Assembly: GCA_009914755.4 (NCBI GenBank)
Contig: CP068257.2
Location: 21,600,001-21,664,000 of the forward strand
Length of the DNA stretch: 64,000 nucleotides
Direction: 5' to 3'
Source of the DNA: the human T2T-CHM13v2.0 reference genome, Homo sapiens
The notes beneath the pieces are model-generated. The model ran no database searches. It saw only the letters and a program-made list of their open reading frames with translations, and had not been told where the DNA came from. Shown here in pieces: positions 59,241 through 64,000 of the stretch. Both the position numbers and the translations under genes were made by a program. Numbering within the stretch: position 1 is the first letter of the stretch; each line of letters begins with the position of its first letter.

Positions 59241-62200
59241 GTATGTTATTAACTATGGAGTTTTTGTAGGCATTTTTTAACACATTGAGAAAGTTTCCTC
59301 TATTCCTACTTTTGTTGAGAAGTTTTTATGATGACAAGGCATTACATTTTATCCAATGACTTTTCTGTGTGTATTGAGATGACTGATTTGTTCTGCCAAT
59401 TTAAATCCATTGTTGATTCTCTCTAGGATTTTTTTTATTTCAGTTATTAAATTTTTCAACAGGAGAATTACTGTCTTGTTCTTTTTTTTGTAATTTCTGT
59501 CCCCTTACTGGTATTCCATATTTAATAAGGCATCATAATAGTACTCTTCTTTAGTTTCTTAAAGATGGTTTTCTTTAGTTTTTAACATATTTATGTCTAT
59601 TTAGAAGTCTTTGTTAAGTCTGACATCTGAGCTCTCTCAAAGTTTCTGCTGATTTTTTTTTTCCTATGTTTGGTTCACACTGTTTTGTTTCTATGTATGT
59701 CACAATTTCTTTTCAAAACTGGACATTTTATATAGCATTATAGCAGCTCCATATACTAAAGTCCCCTTTCCTCCAAATGCTTGTTTTTTCATATATTTGT
59801 TTAAGTGACTTGCCTTTATTAATGGTAAACTCTATTTCCTCTACTTTGTGGGGTTCTGGTTCACCCCTCAGAAAACTCACCCCTGAGCCTATGAACAGTG
59901 ATTCTGAGATGACAGTGTTTATGGAAGGGCTCTCTTTGAGCATCTCTTCCCTCTATAATGCCGTCTGCTTCTGATGGTACCACAGCTGGCAATTTGGCTT
60001 CATTCATTGCTGGATGGTTGCTGTATTTTTGGAAAATGCTCTTTTTCCTTGGTATGTTCTGTAAACTAGCTGGTCTGCAGCTTATTTTACTATTTTCCCA
60101 GAGCTACCAGCCTCCTCTTAGTTGCTCACCCCCAAAATCAATATGATATAATATAAAGGCTCACATTGGGGTATAAAGAAAGCCAGTTCTTTCGGGGAGA
60201 GCTTTTGAGCCTTCCCTTATGGTCTGTCTCTCACATGACACCAAATATCCAAGCCAGTTCTTCATAGCTGTCAGTGGAGACAGTTGGCTGCTTTTCTGAG
60301 TGGCATCTTACTTTATAAGCAGGATACAGTCCAGTTATGGTGACCCCTGGTCTTTTCATCTTGATCCTCCTAGCATGAAACATGACTTTATCAATGAGCT
60401 AGAGCAAGGGCAATTGAAGTTCTATTATTTCCTGCCCATAGAAACTTTTTCCTTTGACAGGGACTGCATAGTGAAATGGAAACCCTGGCCTCTTGATCAC
60501 ACTTTCCTGGAGTTTAGTCCCCTCTGCAATATGTACCTGGGAGTCATAAGAAATGCCAGTTACAAAAACTTCCTGTACAGATATCCTAGCACTCAACTGG
60601 AAACCGGGGAGAGTCACAATTCTGTCTTTCCAGCCATATGTAACTGAAATGGAGATCTTTTCACCCTGAGCCAGGGGTGATGGGAAAGGGAGCTGGTCAT
60701 GGCTCAATGTTTAGCCTTTTCTTGGTCTTCAAGATTTCATAGACATTCTTAAATACATGTTTCTTTCAATGAAGTTTGCCCTTAGGACAATTCACAGCTA
60801 CATTAGGTACTTTTTAAATAATACTTTTGACCATCCGTGGTTATTTCATTGAAGAAAATCTATAGAGCACCTCAGCCATCATTCCAGAAGTGACTATCCT
60901 CCTCAGTAATGGTTCTTATTCTAATTTTAAATATCATTGATGTAGAACATTCTATTTCACTATTCCTTCATTTTATTATTATGGGAAATTATATACAGTT
61001 CTCCAGATTTTTAAAGCCTTGCTAACATGTTTTAAGTCACACAAATATTCTTCTGTGGGAAAATGACAGTAATTTAGTGTGCAACAATTATATAGAACTA
61101 TTTTTCAAACTTATAAACGAAGTGAAATTCTAAATAAAATCATTTATCAAACACAAAAATTTGAGCCAGAATAAGGAATGTAAATTACAATTTAAACACA
61201 GATTATAAACTATCTTACTTTTAAAATGTTAAAATTCCTAACTTGTTTGAAAAATTTGTGCCTGCCTAATATTTGAGAATAATGTTAATAATGTGATTGA
61301 CAAGAACTAAATTCCTTGTAATTACTGAAAATGTGAGAATACACCATGGAATTTAATCAATCTCTCCTGCAAAAATTTAACAAATAAAATTTCAGTATTA
61401 AGTAATGAAAACAATTGCCTTCTTGGTATGTGGTTCACTAAGAAGTTTTGACCATAACTATAAACAACAATATCACAGGCATAAAAGTTGGAGTCACTTC
61501 AAAGAGATTTTCACAAAAAAGTAACTAGAAGCCTGCTAATGTTTTCTATCAAGCAGGTTTCTTGAGTTGCTAAAATAAAAGTTAATGTTATCATTAAATA
61601 AATATTTATACCATAATATGTGTTATAAAAACTTTTGAATGAAGTTTCTAAAGCAAAATGGTGCCTAAATAAATCAGTGATTGATGTTAATGAACAAAAG
61701 TAAAAATCGATAACATTGTAATGTATAGGAATAAATTAAATTACAGAAATAACCTATTTCAGTTGCTACATGAATTATGTAATACAATGTTATAATAAAT
61801 AATCTGTGCTACATGCTGTAACATGAATGCCAATATCATATGTTGATACTCCTCCTCTTCTCAAAGGGCAATTTTTCTGAGACAGAATAGTCAGGATCTC
61901 ATCACTCTCAAGTTAAATAAAAAATGAAAGGGAAGTCTTTAGTTCTATTTCATCCAAATTTGCTTTGCTCATTTTTATTTTGGGAGATTCATCTATATTT
62001 TCGAATGTAGAAAAAGTTTGTTTATTGTCTTAGTAAAGAAATTATACCCCTGTTTTTAACTACATCATAGTATATATTTACTAATTTCTACTCTTACTGT
62101 TATTTCTAGCTTTGTGTTATATATATTTAATTATATCCACACAAACATATATATTTAACTACTTCTATTTACATAAATATTTAATTTGCATTTTCTTTAC

Positions 62201-64000
62201 GACTAACACAATTGAACACATTGTCATATGCTTATGAAAAACTTAGGTAGTCTTGTAAATTGACTCTTAGAGAAATTTCTCATTGTTAAGTTTTCTGTCT
62301 TTCTATGTGTTCTGGAAACAACTCCCTTTTTAGATATATGTATTGAAATTATCTTCTATCATTCTACTGGCTGTATTTTACTCTATTTATGATGTCTTTT
62401 TATGAACATATTCTTAATTTAAATGCAGTCTTATTTATCCATTTTCCCTCATAGTTAGCACTTTTTCAGTCTAATTTTAAAATATTTGCTTATGTCAACA
62501 GCATAAATATATTTGCCTGTATGTAATTCTAAACACGTTATTTGTTTTCTTTTCATATTTAGATCAAAATCTATCTGAAATTGATTTTATGCATGCAGTA
62601 AGCTAGAGGTTAACATGATTTAGTTTTCTATGTAAATATTCTGTTGATCCAACAGAATTTATTGAAATGTGTTTTTTTTTTCACCCATAGCATGTCAGTG
62701 TCAAACATGTTATAAACCTGGAAACAATTAATGTGTAAGCTATTTCTAGAGTCTCCCATTCGTTTATTCATCTATTATTGTACCAATAACACATTGTATT
62801 AGTTGATATAGCTTTATTATATGTCTCAACATCAGGTAGTTTAAATCTTGCAAGTTGTTCTTTACACAGATTGCTTTGGCTATTTGCTCTTTGAAACTTC
62901 ATATAAATTATATATCCACTTGTCAGTTTTGATTAAACTTTCTAGAATATGATTGGGATTGCAATGGATACATATATAACTCAGAGGTGATAAAATATAT
63001 AGTTAAGTTCTAAAGGTATTCTAAATAAGAGAGGGATTATGACAACTCATAACAGTTGCTTCTTTTATAAGTTTGCCTTTATATCATTGCATAGGGTTTT
63101 GCATAACTAACAAGAACAGAAAGAACATCATCAAATAAATAAGACCAACAAAGGATGAGAATAATGAATTCATGTCACTAGGAAAAATGGCCTGAGTATC
63201 TTAAATGGATGTTAAGAAAACTTTATTGAGTGGCTTTACTGATATATCAATAAAAGAGAGAATACTGAAGCAGGGCTGGTTTGAGTCGGGGGGGGGGATC
63301 AAATTTTTTTAAATACCAGCAGTAAAATGAATAATACAACAAATATGCTTAGTCAGGAGAAATGTGATATGTAATTACATATCTAAATTTTCATCTAAAT
63401 TTTGTCACACATTTTGCAGAAAAGATTTTGAATAAAAAATTTTATATTTGTATTTACTCTTCATTTGCATTGGTGTTAGATAATTTGTAATTTCCACTAA
63501 GAAGCCTGTGTGTGTGCCTAGTACACTAGACACATAAACTATCATAGATCTCTGCATTGCAATTATCTGTTAAGTAGTCTGTATATTTTATTATATTCTA
63601 ACTTTTCTTTGGGAAAAAAAGTTATACTCATTGTTTCATCCTTAGTGCTTGAAATATTGCTAGGCATATGATAATAGCAATAGCAAATAAGATCTAACAT
63701 TCATGGAGTGCTTACATTTTCAAATTACAATTTTGTTAATATGATGCCTTTAAAGACCACTAATGTGATCTTCAAGTAGAATGCCATTGACATGCTCTAA
63801 AGTTACACCATTTTAAAAAGTGAGGAAATGGAAATATCAAATATTGTTTCTTTTAATAAAAATTGGTAATACCATTAGTAACTTTTATAATCTATTACTG
63901 CTTTTCTTTTTTGCAAACTCATTCCATTTTTATATGGGATATATGTGATATAAGTAAGAAAGTTCTGATGGGAATATTAGTTAATTTGAGCATGTTCAGT

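Noticed and set aside
60300-60707. A mutually overlapping pair of ORFs of about 100-115 aa on opposite strands in sequence not obviously repetitive
   Set aside because: Opposite-strand overlap over the same 300 bp is the signature of chance ORFs. There is no Kozak or splice context and the region may be part of the antisense L1. I could not support a coding call.

Overview
This window reads as human (or great-ape) nuclear DNA from an AT-rich, repeat-dense intergenic or deep-intronic region. I could support no protein-coding gene, rRNA or tRNA gene, CpG island or CRISPR array, and nothing looks prokaryotic. Every ORF in the six-frame track lies inside interspersed repeats or simple-sequence tracts and is a translation artefact. 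Recognisable content includes nine Alu elements (one young AluY with an 11-bp target-site duplication) and several ancient L1 fragments that carry nested younger insertions. It also includes MaLR retrotransposons: THE1/MST solo LTRs, one full-length 2.3-kb THE1 with both LTRs, and MLT1-like LTRs. Two MER1-type hAT transposons have intact 8-bp target-site duplications, and there are many microsatellites including two forensic-style tetranucleotide STRs. The observations most worth a second look are the following. A 47-nt U2 snRNA 5' fragment is fused in inverted orientation to the 3' terminus of a poly(A)-less L1PA end. Two Alu copies 1.8 kb apart share more than 20 private substitutions. A perfect 25-bp direct repeat brackets a 1.1-kb segment. 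A ~290-bp segment is duplicated 2.3 kb apart. A ~400-bp compound TG/TA repeat contains an embedded 30-bp minisatellite. I see no evidence for a novel biological system. Family names come from memory of consensus sequences and coordinates are accurate to roughly 5-20 bp; both need RepeatMasker/Dfam confirmation.
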